Positions 1 to 11,237 of a stretch of 64,000 nucleotides of DNA are shown here, one piece after another (the first letter of the stretch is position 1; each line of letters opens with the position of its first letter). The DNA is from Gammaproteobacteria bacterium (lineage in GTDB: Bacteria > Pseudomonadota > Gammaproteobacteria > Ga0077536), in assembly GCA_963662545.2 (NCBI GenBank), contig CAXXLL010000002.1, positions 1,696,001-1,760,000 on the forward strand, in the 5' to 3' direction. Below the pieces are notes generated by a model. The model ran no database searches. It was not told the origin of the DNA and saw nothing but the letters and a program-made list of their open reading frames with translations. A program made the position numbers and the translations under genes.

Positions 1-300
1 AGAATCAAAGATCGTTTGTACAATCGAACGAACAAGCCTTGGCTGTCGAACCTTCACCTTGCCGTAGGTCTCGTTCCCGAGGTCGATGGGTCCGGGTTTA
101 CCGTCCAAGTCGGCAACCGAATCGTGCACGCTGAATTCAAGGGGCTGGGCTGCGAGTTGATCTTGACGAAGGGAGACACCGAACCCTATCAGGGCTGGGT
201 CAGTACAGGCTATTTGGAACTCACACCCGCACACACGGTGAGCGCATTGTGTCCCGCCAAACTCATTGAAAGTGAGTGGCTCGTAACGATTAAAACTTAA
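1..300 (+). CDS. C-terminal end of a probable heparinase II/III-family protein (partial)
   Basis: Frame is open from base 1. The ending ...QGWVSTGYLELTPA... resembles heparinase II/III C-termini. Confidence 0.45.
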   Translation, partial: RIKDRLYNRTNKPWLSNLHLAVGLVPEVDGSGFTVQVGNRIVHAEFKGLGCELILTKGDTEPYQGWVSTGYLELTPAHTVSALCPAKLIESEWLVTIKT

Positions 301-362
301 CCCGACGGCCGAAATAGGAGACACGACTAATGGTCACGCCATCCTCCTTAGATGGCCGGGAC

Positions 363-799
363 GGCATTGTCAGACTAACTGGATTGGGCTTGTAGCACCT
401 GCAATCGAAGGCTCTCAGGCTGCAAGTTGACGCTACTCGGCCAGGGCGCCGGCTTGGTTTTGTTTGAAAATATCGCGGCGGTTACGATGGTGTCCGTGGT
501 TGAAATGATTGTAGATCGAGGCATGGACAGAGGCGAATTTCTGTGGGGTCTTGATGTCTCTAAACCGCGCCATCGACCCTTCCCGCCTTCGAAAGGGCTG
601 ATGTGAGTGTTCTGCCCGGTTGTTCAGCCAACGCCTGGTCTCTTGGCAACCTTCGTTGCCAACCACCTTCATCGCCGCCCGGTATGACGGTAGCCTGTCC
701 GTGACGATCGAAGCCGGCCGGCCATAACGCTTCATAGCCCGTTTCAGAAACCTAAGCGCGGCCTTGCGGCCCCGCCGTTTCGTGGCAACAACCTCAAGG
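363..799 (-). mobile_element. IS6-family fragment (3' half of transposase plus IR), cut by IS21
   Basis: IR GGCATTGTCAGACTAA at 363; motifs VTDRLPSY and LNNRAEHSHQPFRRRE. Confidence 0.85.
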
Positions 800-872
800 T
801 GTTGAGTTGCACCTAAAACTGACCCAGGTTTTGCATTTAAAAGTGACCCACCTGGAAGAGCCAGAGTATGGC

Positions 873-1649
873 TCAAGTGTTCTTGGATTTTCTAGTTTTT
901 ATCTCCTTGGTTTTCTTCGTCGAGCTGTGTTTGAAGCGGTAGCTATCGTTGCCGGTTTCAACGATGTGGCAGTGATGAGTCAGCCGGTCGAGTAACGCCG
1001 TCGTCATCTTGGGATCACCGAACACATTGGCCCACTCGGCGAAGCTCAGGTTGGTCGTGATTAGGATGCTGGTGCGCTCATAGAGCTTACTCAATAAGTG
1101 GAACAGCAGCGCACCACCGGCCTGGCTGAACGGTAGAGAGCCGAGTTCGTCGAGCACAACCAGATCGGTGTGGACCAGCCGATGAGCCATTTGTCCCGGC
1201 TTGCCACGGGCTTTCTCCTGCTCCAGTACGTTAACCAGCTCGATAGTCGAGAAGCAGCGAACGCGTCGATGTTGGTGCACAATCGCCTGTCAGCCGATGG
1301 CTGTAGCGAGATGGGTTTTACCCGTTCCCGGTCCGCCGATTAGCACGACGTTGTGCGCATCATCAATGAAGTCGCCGCGATGCAGCGACCTCACCAGGGC
1401 CTCGTTGACCGTGCTCTCGTGGAACTCAAAGCCAACCAGGTCACGATGGACGGGGAAGCGCGCAACCTTGGTTTGGTCGTTAATCGAGCGCACCTCGCGC
1501 TCGGCCACCTCGGCTTTGAGCAGGCTGTCGAGGACCGACTCAGCACCTTGCCAGGCCGGTGAACTTTGTTGGGCAAGATCGTCGATGGCTTGTGCCATGC
1601 CGAACAGCTTGAGCGATTTGAGTGTCGCAATCATCGCCTCAGGATGCAT
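873..1649 (-). pseudogene. istB: IstB ATPase with internal stop at 1290-1292
   Basis: GGPGTGKT Walker A, LDELG and [11 protein letters not shown] in one frame, split by TGA. Confidence 0.9.
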
Positions 1650-3165
1650 GGTCCACCTCCCGTAAACCGTCGTAACGGCTAACGTTGGCGACTGGCTCAG
1701 CTTCTAACGCCAGGTGCCCTGGGGTATCGATTGGCGCAGGTAATGCCGGCTCGAGCAGACGCGCTAATACGTTCAGAACGTGTTGCTTGGAGACGCCCTC
1801 GGCGTCGAGCGCAAGTTCGACCGCGCACAACACCGCTTGCTCGTCATGATGCAATACCAAAGCCAGGACCTCGGCCATCTCGCGATCACCACCGGGCCGC
1901 TTAACCAAAATCGACTGCCGGCGTTTGAAGGCTTCCGGCAACTCGGCAAACGGTGCACCGTTGCGTAGGGCACCGGGCTTGCGCTGTACGATGGCGAGAT
2001 AATGCCGCCAGTCGTACACCGTGCGGCCTGGGCGGTCGTGGCTCTGCGCCATCAACCGCGCATGCTCGGCGATGACCTCGCCTTCAGCCACCACGATCAG
2101 CCGATCAGCGTAAACACGCAGAGTGACCGGCCGATTAGCGAACGGCGACGGCACGCTGTAGCGGTCACGCTCGAACGCAAGCAGGCAGGTCGGTGAAACG
2201 CGCTTGGTGTGTTCGACAAAGCCGTCGAAGGGTGGCGGCAGCAGCATCAAGTGGGGCTGCTCGTCAGCCCACACCTCGGCTCTCGTGCGATCTTTCTGCT
2301 CGGGGTGTTTTATCGCGTGCCACAGCGCCACACAACGTTGTTCTAGCCAGTCATTCAGCGCCGCCAGACTCGCAAACGCCGGCACGTCCTGCCACACCCG
2401 ACGCCGTGCATCCTGTCCGTTCTTCTCGACCTGGCCCTTCTCCCAGCCCGACGCCGGATTGCAGAACGTCGGCTCGAACAGGTAATGACTGGCCATGGCG
2501 ATGAAGCGCGCGTTGACCGTTCGCGCTTTGCCGCGGCCAATCTTATCGACCGCAGTCTTCATGTTGTCGTACAAGCCCCGGGCCGGTACTCCGCCCAAGA
2601 CCGGCAGCGCATGATTGTGCGCATCGAACAACATCTCGTGGGTTTCCTGTCGGTAGGCGCGCAGGACAAACGCCCGACTATGGGCCAACTTGAAGTGCGC
2701 GACCTTGAGCTTCATACGCTCGCCGCCGATCACAGCCCAATCCTCGCTCCAGTCGCATTGGAACGCCTCGCCCGGCGCAAATACCAACGCTACGAACGTA
2801 CCACCGCCAGCAATCCGGGCCACTTCCCGTTGCCGGCGACGCCAGTCTCGCGCAAAAGCAGCTACCCGATCGTAGGAGCCCCGGTAACCCAATGCGACCA
2901 GGTCACCGTACATCTGCCGCAGATTACGGCGCTGCTTGCGGCCTTTACCGGGCTCTGTCTCCAGCCAACGTCCGAGCTTGTTCTCAAACGCATCAAGCTT
3001 GCTGGCTCGTTTCGGCGTTGCCTACTTCGGCTCAACGACTTTGTTCTGCAGATATTTACGGATGGTGTTCCGCGACAATCCGCTTCGTCTGCAGATCTCG
3101 CGGACCGGGAGTCCGTCCCGTCACCGCCACCTTCGGATCACACTCAATAACGCCACGTCGATCAC
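1639..3165 (-). pseudogene. istA: IstA DDE transposase with early nonsense codon (3121-3123)
   Basis: GTG start at 3165; QCDWS, YDNMKTAV and KGQVEK motifs. Confidence 0.85.
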
Positions 3166-3481
3166 TCCTTTGTCTCCTGCCCGGATATCGGGCAGGTCAG
3201 TGTCTAGTCGTGGGTCAAATTTCGATGCAAATATCGGCCTCAGGTGGGTCAGTTTTCAGTGCAAATCAACATCGAGATGCCATAGTTAAGGAATTTGAAC
3301 GTATAGTGCTTAGGACCCACCACTTATCCAGTGGAAAGAATAATGGCTACCATGTGCGTGACGAAGCGAAAGATTGCATGAGCTTTTACGGAACGAACAA
3401 TGTATTCACAGGGCCACTTCAAGAAGCCTACCAACGTTTAAAGAACAAACTGCTTTAAGCTATGGAAGCCGCGAGCTAATC

Positions 3482-4630
3482 TGACTAGTCCTCCCCCCGA
3501 GAAGTGGTCCACCGTAATGTTTAGGGAAACGGAGGGTCATAGCTGGCGAACAAACGACACAAGGCAGAGGAAATTGTTTCGAAGCTTCGGCAAGTTAAGG
3601 TTTTGTTGGGCAGGGAACGGCACGGGTAGATGCGCTCCGCAAGGTGGGTATTACTGAACAAACCGATGACCGGTGGCGGAAGACCTACGGCGGAATGGGA
3701 ACGGATCAATGGCGGGAGCTGAAGCGACTTCAAAGGGAAAATGAGGGCCGCCGCCGAGCGGTGTCGGGTCTGACGCTGGACAAGCTCATTCTGACAGCGG
3801 CGTCACGGGGAAACTTCTGAGCTCTTCCCGTCGGCGTACCTGCATTGGTCAAGTTCTCAGCCGTATGAACGTGTCTGACCGGCGTGTCTGCCGGTTTTTG
3901 GGCCCGCATCGTTCGACGCCAAGGCGTTGGCCGCGAGGCCGTGCCGATGAACAACGCCGGGTCGCGGGCTGGCAGGTGAACGACAAACGCGTCGAAAGGC
4001 TATGGCGGCGGAAGGGGTTGAACGTGCCTGCAAGACAGCCACAGAAAGGGCGGCTCTGGCTCAACGATGGACCGTGCGTTCGGCTTCGGCCCGCGTATCG
4101 CAACCCCATCGGGTCTTACGACTGCGTTCACTGCCGAACCGATGATGGCCGGGCGTCCCACGCCCTGAACATGCGCGATGAACACAGCAAGGCATGCCTG
4201 GCCATCAAGACCGAGCGCAAGCTCAATTCGACCGATGTCATCGACACGCTGACCGATTTATTCGTCCTGCGTGGCGTGCCCACCTACATAAGCTCCGATA
4301 ACGGCCCGGAGTTTGTTGCTCAAGCCGTCCGGGACTGGATCGTGGCAGTCGGCGCGAAAACAGCCTACATCGAGCCTGGCTCACCTTGGGAGAATGGATG
4401 CTGCGAGCGTTTCAACGCACGCTGCCGTGACGAATTGCTCGACCGGGAAATCTTTTACAACCTGCGCGAGGCGCAGATTCTGATTGAACAATGGAGGAGA
4501 TACTACAACACGAAACGACCACACAGTGCTTTGGAATACCGACCACCGGCCCCAGAAACCATCGCCCCGATGGACCAAAGGCCTATCATGCACTAATAAT
4601 CAAACTGGACCACTCAACGGGGGCAGACCA
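3482..4630 (+). mobile_element. IS3-family element, degenerate (orfA broken; orfB core 3865-4596)
   Basis: TG...CA ends with TGGTCCA/TGGACCA IRs; rve motifs SDNGPEF, PGSPWENG and YYNTKRPHSAL. Confidence 0.85.
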
Positions 4631-4676
4631 TTTCAATACCTGAATCGGTACGTCACTTGCGTGCAACCCGTTGTAC

Positions 4677-5375
4677 TCAGGCCGATCCCATAAATTCCCG
4701 AAAAAGCACTTTCGCGTAGTTCCTTCCGTAGAAATTCAAAATTATTTTGCTCAAAGCAAGAAGTAGCAGGTATAGGATTAGTGTAACGACACTCAGGGTG
4801 ACGGCGGGTTCATGAGGCACAACTTTTGAGAAGAACCAAATATTTATTGACGAAAGTATTGTGCCCAACAGTGCCCCACCAATGGCATTTCTCATCGCCC
4901 CATATTCGATATTGTGTTGAAGTAGGAACTCATTGTCTTTGAGTTTCTTCCGAACCAACGCCATTGCCTCCACGATCCTCGCTCTGGCGGCGCGCTCATC
5001 AGCTGCTTCATCATTGAGATTAGGGAGTCCGAGGCCAAATTCTGAATGTACGCTATCTCGGAATTTTTGCTTGTACTCTGAGCTGTATGTATCGTCAGAG
5101 TGCATGAGAAAGTTTGTAGTGGGCATCTCTGATTCGTCCCTGAAATAACGTCTCTCGATAACATTCTTGCCCATAATTCGGCCAAACTCAGACAAGTAAT
5201 ACAAAAATACGGCGGATATCGTTAGATTCGAAATCAGCTTTGCACCCACCAATTCTCCGACAAATTTCGAGAATTCAGCACTAACAAAAAAATGGTTAAA
5301 CACCATTATCGGAATGATGATCGTCAGGAGTGCCGGAGCGTATCGGGCCTTTAGCGCGTACTCATCGATTTTCAC
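4677..5375 (-). CDS. Membrane protein (about 4 TM), partner of the MBL hydrolase
   Basis: 232 aa with two pairs of hydrophobic helices; N-terminal DEYALKARYAPALL; starts 5 bp after the MBL gene. Confidence 0.7.
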   Translation of the reverse strand: MKIDEYALKARYAPALLTIIIPIMVFNHFFVSAEFSKFVGELVGAKLISNLTISAVFLYYLSEFGRIMGKNVIERRYFRDESEMPTTNFLMHSDDTYSSEYKQKFRDSVHSEFGLGLPNLNDEAADERAARARIVEAMALVRKKLKDNEFLLQHNIEYGAMRNAIGGALLGTILSSINIWFFSKVVPHEPAVTLSVVTLILYLLLLALSKIILNFYGRNYAKVLFREFMGSA

Positions 5376-5380
5376 GCGAT

Positions 5381-6214
5381 TTACCCATTCCTTTCGGGAT
5401 AGATTCGCTTGACAGATTGGCTGACCTCGACCGTGATGTTGCCGAAGTGCTTTGTCGAATACACTTGGTCATTTGCGAGGTTGTTGTAGTAGTTGTAGTC
5501 GTGAGAATGACCGTAGTGATCAGAAATCACGACATATTGTGGGTCAATTTCCTTGAAAACGTCTTTCTCGATATTGGCACTACTTCCGTGATGTGGTGCT
5601 AGGAAAATATTTGCCGCCAACGCGCCAGCTTCGTGGTTGTCACGAATCTCCCGCCAGGACTCTGGCGTCGCATCACCACCGAGTAGAATTTTAATCCCCT
5701 CGTGTTTGAGCATTAGCACATAGCTGCAGTGGTTGTATTCTTCTGTTACGTTAGCTTTTTCCACCATCTTTCGAGACGGCCCGAGGATTCTAAGATTGTC
5801 TTCGTTCCAGAACTGGTCAGGATCGTCACCTTGGTAAATGCGTAATACTTTCGGGCTTTCTCTGCTATTTCGCATCTGTTGGTACCGGTCCCAGTCCGCC
5901 CGGCAGTAACCGCCAAGATCCATCTTTGTTCTATCCACCGTCTTGTTGTTATTAGTGTCCCAAAAATTCGTGATCGTTCGTGACCGGTATAGCTCGTCAA
6001 GGCCAGACATGTGATCCATATCTGGATGGGTGAGGACAAATCGGAATATCGGCTCATCTGGATAATTTTTGTTCAAGAACTCGATCGGATCCTGAAGTGG
6101 ATTGTCTACCTCGACCTTGGAGTTATCGATATCAATGACCGCGAGTCTACCGAGGGGAAATTTCGCGACAACGCAGTTTCCTTTTCCGACGTTTAGGAAG
6201 TGGACCTTCAGCAT
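5381..6214 (-). CDS. ComEC/Rec2-like metallo-beta-lactamase-fold hydrolase
   Basis: HFLNVGKG, THPDMDH, LGGDA and PHHGS motifs. Confidence 0.85.
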   Translation of the reverse strand: MLKVHFLNVGKGNCVVAKFPLGRLAVIDIDNSKVEVDNPLQDPIEFLNKNYPDEPIFRFVLTHPDMDHMSGLDELYRSRTITNFWDTNNNKTVDRTKMDLGGYCRADWDRYQQMRNSRESPKVLRIYQGDDPDQFWNEDNLRILGPSRKMVEKANVTEEYNHCSYVLMLKHEGIKILLGGDATPESWREIRDNHEAGALAANIFLAPHHGSSANIEKDVFKEIDPQYVVISDHYGHSHDYNYYNNLANDQVYSTKHFGNITVEVSQSVKRIYPERNG

Positions 6215-6438
6215 ACCGAACCGACCTAGTCAAACAGTAATGACAAGTTAACTGATTTTATCTGTCAACGGCGGAGCAAAACTAGTCCACTTAACGTTAT
6301 GCGGTACGCAGTGTTGGGGGGTTGTCCCGGTAGTCCATAGGAGGGACCCGCGCTGCTTCGTGTAGCGCTTGCGTTACGCGGAGCGAAGCAGCGTGGGAGG
6401 TTCCTGTGGACCCACCGGGTCAACCTTGAGTTCGGTGG

Positions 6439-7209
6439 TCAAGCAGGCGTATTTGGGGATTTCCGCCGTTTTTGGCTTTGGTTGAGACGATAGCTCTCGC
6501 CGTTCATTTCCAGGATATGGACAGGGTGGGTCAGGCGGTCCAGCAAAGCCCCGGTCAGACGTTCCGAGCCGAATATCTCCGTCCACTCATCGAACGGCAA
6601 GTTGGAGGTCACCATGATCGAGCCCCGCTCGTAGCGCTGGCTGAAGACTTCGAACAGCAGCTCGGCGCCGGTCTTCGAGAGCGGCACGAAGCCGAGTTCG
6701 TCGATGATCAGAAGGTGATACTTTGCCAGTTGCTTCTGCAGGCGCAACAGGCGTTTTTCATCCCTGGCCTCCATCAGTTCATGAACCAGGGCGGCGGCCG
6801 TGATGAAGCCGACGGAGAGCCCCTTTTGGCAGGCCGCCAGACCGAGACCGAGGGCGATATGGGTCTTGCCGGTTCCGCTGTTGCCGAGCGCGATGATATT
6901 CTCACGACGCTCTACGTATTCGCATCGCGCCAACTCCAGAACCAGCATCTTGTTGAGCGAGGCGATGGCCTTGAAGTCGAAGCTGTCGAGGCTTTTGACG
7001 GCGGGGAACCTGGCCTGTCTGCTCCGCCGCTCGACCATGCGGCGCTCACGGTCGATCAGTTCCAACTCGGTCAGACGGACAAGATACCGCACAGGGTCGG
7101 CGCCCTCGGTGGCGCATTGGCGGGCCAGCTTGTCGTATTCGCGCAGGAACGTCGGCAGTTTCAGGGTCTTGAGGTGATGGGCCAGCAACACTTGCGGCGT
7201 ATCGGTCAT
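6439..7209 (-). CDS. istB: IstB ATPase
   Basis: [23 protein letters not shown]. Confidence 0.92.
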   Translation of the reverse strand: MTDTPQVLLAHHLKTLKLPTFLREYDKLARQCATEGADPVRYLVRLTELELIDRERRMVERRSRQARFPAVKSLDSFDFKAIASLNKMLVLELARCEYVERRENIIALGNSGTGKTHIALGLGLAACQKGLSVGFITAAALVHELMEARDEKRLLRLQKQLAKYHLLIIDELGFVPLSKTGAELLFEVFSQRYERGSIMVTSNLPFDEWTEIFGSERLTGALLDRLTHPVHILEMNGESYRLNQSQKRRKSPNTPA

Positions 7210-8720
7210 GACGCGCCTCCACCCAACAAGCTCATATAACTGGCGGCGGCCGTGGTCGCCACGTTGGCCCGAGGCAGGTAGGGATAGATATCCAGGTCGA
7301 GTTTGGGCGGGCGTCGCTCGATACGGCACAGCACAAGGTGTTTGACGGCGTCGTAGCCGATCGCGCCCAGGCGCAGGGCGTCCTTCACCGCGCCGTGAAG
7401 CACCTCGAGATCGAAGGTCTCCAGAAGCCGAAGGACCTGGACGTATTGCCGCTTGCCGGCCTTGCCCATGCGCGCCTCCAGGAGACGGCGCAGGGTTGGG
7501 AAGGCATCAGGCAGTTCCCATCCGGCTAGCGGCGCGGCCTGATCCAGGGCACCGATCTTGTGCTCCAGCAAAGGCAGGTAGTGGATCGGATCGAAGACCC
7601 TATCTTCCCGGTCGTAGGAACGGGGGTGTCGGGCAATGATCCCGGCGCCGCAACCGATAACCACCTCGTGGACATAGCCACGGCTCCAGACTTCCTGATG
7701 GCCGTAGGCGACGGGCACGGAATAGTCATTCGTCCGGTAGCGCACCAGGGACAGCGAGTTGACCCGCGTGCCCTGCTTGTCGCACGCGTCGAACGGTGCC
7801 GGCAGTGGCCTCTTCAACGCTTCGCGGTCACGCACAAACCGTTCGCCGATGCTCTCGCGGTGGCCGCGCAGGACGTCGTCTTGCCGTTTGCGGCATTGTT
7901 CCTCCAGGTAAGCGTTGAAGGCGTCCCAGCTCGCGAACCGGGGAAGCGGCGTCATGAAGTTCCGTCGGGCGTAGCCAACCACCCCCTCAACATTGCCTTT
8001 GTCGTTGCCCTTGCCGGGACGGCCGTAACGGTCCTCGAAGAGGTAATGGGACTGCAGTCCGCTGAACGCTCGCGTTCGTTGTCGCGTGCCATCCGGCAAG
8101 ATGCGCGACACCAGGCACTTGTCGTTGTCGTAGAGAATCGATCGGGGAACACCGCCGAAGAAGGCGAAGATTCTGTTGTGCCCGTCCAGCCAGGCCTCCG
8201 TCGTCGCTGACGGGTAGGCCGCAACGAAGCAGGCATCGCTGTGGGGAAGTGTCATGACGAAAAAATGCGCCCGATACTTGACGCCGGCGATGATCGCATC
8301 CGCCTCGCCAAAGTCCGCTTGAGCATGGCCCGGAGGATGTGACAACGGCACAAACATCTCACGCCGACGAAGGCGCCGTTCCCGAACGTAATCCTTCACG
8401 ATGGTCTCTTTGCCCGTGAAGCCATGTTCGTCGCGAAGGCGCTCGAATATACGCTTCGCCGTGTGGTGCTGCTTACGGTGAACCGTTCGGTCCTCCTCCA
8501 GAATACGGTCGATGATATCCGTGAAGGGGGCCAGTTTCGGGCGTTTCGGTGGCTGGCGTCGCCGATATCCCGGCGGTTCCGAATGCCGCAGCATCTTCCT
8601 CACCGTCTCGCGCGCAATGCCAAACCGACTTGCCGCCTCTCGCTGGCTCAGACCATCAACATGGCAGGCCAGCCGAACGCGCAGATATAGGTCCACGGTG
8701 TACATCCTCCCGCCTTCCAT
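7206..8720 (-). CDS. istA: IstA transposase
   Basis: N-terminal HTH; QADFG, YDND, KGNVEG. Confidence 0.92.
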   Translation of the reverse strand: MEGGRMYTVDLYLRVRLACHVDGLSQREAASRFGIARETVRKMLRHSEPPGYRRRQPPKRPKLAPFTDIIDRILEEDRTVHRKQHHTAKRIFERLRDEHGFTGKETIVKDYVRERRLRRREMFVPLSHPPGHAQADFGEADAIIAGVKYRAHFFVMTLPHSDACFVAAYPSATTEAWLDGHNRIFAFFGGVPRSILYDNDKCLVSRILPDGTRQRTRAFSGLQSHYLFEDRYGRPGKGNDKGNVEGVVGYARRNFMTPLPRFASWDAFNAYLEEQCRKRQDDVLRGHRESIGERFVRDREALKRPLPAPFDACDKQGTRVNSLSLVRYRTNDYSVPVAYGHQEVWSRGYVHEVVIGCGAGIIARHPRSYDREDRVFDPIHYLPLLEHKIGALDQAAPLAGWELPDAFPTLRRLLEARMGKAGKRQYVQVLRLLETFDLEVLHGAVKDALRLGAIGYDAVKHLVLCRIERRPPKLDLDIYPYLPRANVATTAAASYMSLLGGGAS

Positions 8721-8819
8721 CTCAAAAAAGATCGAAGGCTACAGGTGGCAGAGTTTTACTCCGCCCGCGGCTGGGAAATCCCGCCGCTTCCGTGGACTAA
8801 TTTGTCACCGCCGTTCTCA

Positions 8820-8976
8820 CACGCTGACGTTTTGGCCCTGGCCCAGCAACACGTCCGCTTCCCGCAGCTTGTGGATGATCTCTTCGGCGTTGTATCGTTT
8901 CGATGGCACGGTTCAGAACGCCTCTTGCTACCTTTTTATCACTTCAGATCTGGACCAGGAATTCCGGGCAGGGTCA
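8820..8976 (-). mobile_element. IS3-family left-end fragment
   Basis: TGACCCTGCCC end followed by orfA start VPSKRYNAEEIIHKLREADV, cut by IS21. Confidence 0.75.
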
Positions 8977-9048
8977 CTACCATAGCATCGTCGAGAAAAC
9001 CTGACTTTCGATTTCACCCACTTGTCATTAAGGGAACTGGGGAAACCG

Positions 9049-9714
9049 ATGCCGCCGAAGAAAAATAATTCTGACCATGCTCTCGCGGTAATAAAAGCGG
9101 GACTGTCAGCAGTTCCCGGAGTCGGGGGGCCGTTAGCAAGTTTGCTTGGTGACTACGTCCCGACCCACACCGAGAGATCGATAGAAAAAGCAATAGAACT
9201 CCTCGGGAAGCGCCTCGAAGAGCTTGAACAACGTATCGATTTAGAAGCACTCAACAAAGACGACCTCGCAGAGCTATTCAAGTCGTGCTATTTGTCCATT
9301 GTACGAACTCATCGCGAAAGCAAATTAAAGGCGGCTACTTCCATTCTAGCGAATCTCCTCTTGCGAGAAGGTGACCCAGAAAAACTTAGCTACACGGAGT
9401 TAGATCATTTTGCCCGGTGTGTAGAGACACTCTCCAGCGGCGCAGTCGAGGTGCTGGGTGAAGTCGTGTGTGCGGCTGATTCGGCAGGATGCGCGGACTT
9501 GGACACTAAGCCATATGGCATGAACTTTTTTGTTCTTAGCGATCGATTCCCCGAGCACTCACCGCATTTATTGATGGGGCTAGTAGCAGAGTTGGATAGT
9601 GCTAATCTTCTCCATCGCGGCGATGTTCCGTCGATTCAAACTCCAGACTATGGAAACTATCCATTGAACCTCACACCACTAGGGATGCAGTTTGCTCAGT
9701 TTCTCCTTAGGTAG
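9049..9714 (+). CDS. Hypothetical protein (possibly DUF4393/Abi-alpha-like)
   Basis: About 221-aa ORF; N-terminal AVPGVGGPLASLL and C-terminal LTPLGMQF winged-helix-like end. Confidence 0.55.
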   Translation: MPPKKNNSDHALAVIKAGLSAVPGVGGPLASLLGDYVPTHTERSIEKAIELLGKRLEELEQRIDLEALNKDDLAELFKSCYLSIVRTHRESKLKAATSILANLLLREGDPEKLSYTELDHFARCVETLSSGAVEVLGEVVCAADSAGCADLDTKPYGMNFFVLSDRFPEHSPHLLMGLVAELDSANLLHRGDVPSIQTPDYGNYPLNLTPLGMQFAQFLLR

Positions 9715-9748
9715 AGCGACACAACACCACACAGGATCTTCGTACGAT

Positions 9749-10317
9749 TTACTCGCCGGTCGCCGCCTCGCCTACCACCAGCCCGGATAACCCCGTCGCC
9801 TTCCCAACATCCATCCCACCGGCAACCAGCTCTTGGAATGCTTGCGCACGCCCGGCAAGATCGTGCATGTACAGCTGATCGAAGTTCAGCGCGATCTCGG
9901 TGTCCAACTTGGCCGACAACTCGGCCGCTAACATCTTCCTCAACGACCTTACCGTGCCATGCAAAAACACCCGTTGCGCTTCGCTCTTCGATGTACCGTC
10001 ACTGTCATCGAACATCGCAACGGAACATCCACACGCGGCCAACACGGTCGCGAATGTTTGCTTTGCGATCATCGTCATCGCTTCGGGCGGTTGCGGCCCG
10101 AGTCGCGACGCTTGCCAATCGCGTTGCGGTGCCGACGCGCCCTCACAATATCAGCCTTGAGCGCGGCGAGCGGATCATCGTCGCCGCCGGTGCCGCCGTC
10201 TTGCGGGATCGCGAGTAGTTGCGCGAGCGGCCCTTGCGCTTCGACTAGTCTTACACCAGCGTCGCTAAAGTCGCCGCCGCTATCGCGCTTCGCAGTTTTC
10301 GCCCACGGCCATCTCAT
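9749..10317 (-). pseudogene. Remnant of a phage/satellite portal-like gene
   Basis: MRWPW start and C-terminal ...DLAGRAQAFQELVAGGMD...; middle missing or frameshifted. Confidence 0.55.
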
Positions 10318-10370
10318 GTAGATTCAAGTGCTGGTTAGCGTGGCCTCAGGCTAATAAGAGGAGCCGTCGT

Positions 10371-11039
10371 ATGACAATTGACGAGGTAATCGTAGCGCGT
10401 ATAAGAGATCTAATTGCGAGAGGCCATGCATTACGATGCGGAAACGAACACGGCCAGGCTCGATCTGAAGGACATGTACAGCATTACCGTGGTTGGCTTG
10501 CCGCTGCTACAAATATAGTTCAGATGCTAATTCATGATCCTCAAGCTGCATATAGGCGAACTTCGGAGCACATAGCAAATCAACACCATGGATTCGTTAT
10601 TCATAATGCAGTCGGAGAAGTAACGATCGTACTAGAAAATCTACTTGAAGACGCTCAATCCGGTCTTGTATCGTCCGTTGCGAATAGCGCTCGCGCAGAA
10701 GTTTTCGATGATTTCCTCGACCATGCGAAATCTTATATGAAGGACGGTAAGAAAAATGAAGCGGGAGTAATCGCCGGAGTCGTGTTCGAAGATTTTGTCC
10801 GTCAAGTTTGCAGAACGGAAGGGATAGCTGACAAAGGCGAGAAATTAGATGACCTAATTACTGCATTGGCAAAATCGAATACCTTGTACGGCACCAAGGC
10901 AAAACGAGCTCGAGTTGCGGCGCATATTCGGACAAAAGCTACGCACGCACAGTGGGACGAGTTCGACGAAAACGACGTAAAAACCGCAATTGAAATTACG
11001 GAAGAACTAATTACTAACCACGTAGACAAACAGGGCTAA
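10371..11039 (+). CDS. DUF4145/HEPN-like protein
   Basis: AGVVFED helix and R-x4-H motif RTKATH; RBS GAGGAG. Confidence 0.65.
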   Translation: MTIDEVIVARIRDLIARGHALRCGNEHGQARSEGHVQHYRGWLAAATNIVQMLIHDPQAAYRRTSEHIANQHHGFVIHNAVGEVTIVLENLLEDAQSGLVSSVANSARAEVFDDFLDHAKSYMKDGKKNEAGVIAGVVFEDFVRQVCRTEGIADKGEKLDDLITALAKSNTLYGTKAKRARVAAHIRTKATHAQWDEFDENDVKTAIEITEELITNHVDKQG

Positions 11040-11237
11040 TAGATCGTTCTAGTGCGCTTCATTGCAAGCGGGTGGTTAAGGCCTATTGCTTTTTTCGACA
11101 GATATGTTTCACCCTATACCAATTTTGTTTCATCAAAGGGATTTGCCTGAAGAAATCTGCTGCTCTTCCCGCCTGTTGCCCGTCATGGCATAAAAACCGG
11201 GTTGTTCAACAGGCCGTCGAAACTTCTACACATTATC

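Larger units (their letters stand above)
800..3271 (-). mobile_element. IS21-family element, inactivated
   Basis: Ends TGTTGAGTTGCA / TGCAAATCAACA; istA and istB both carry in-frame stops. Confidence 0.9.
6263..8819 (-). mobile_element. IS21-family element, apparently intact
   Basis: IRs TGTCAACGGCGG / CCGCCGTTCTCA; intact istA and istB. Confidence 0.92.

Noticed and set aside
3272-3458. AT-rich coding tail between IS21 and IS3
   Set aside because: Too short to assign; its start is removed by the IS.
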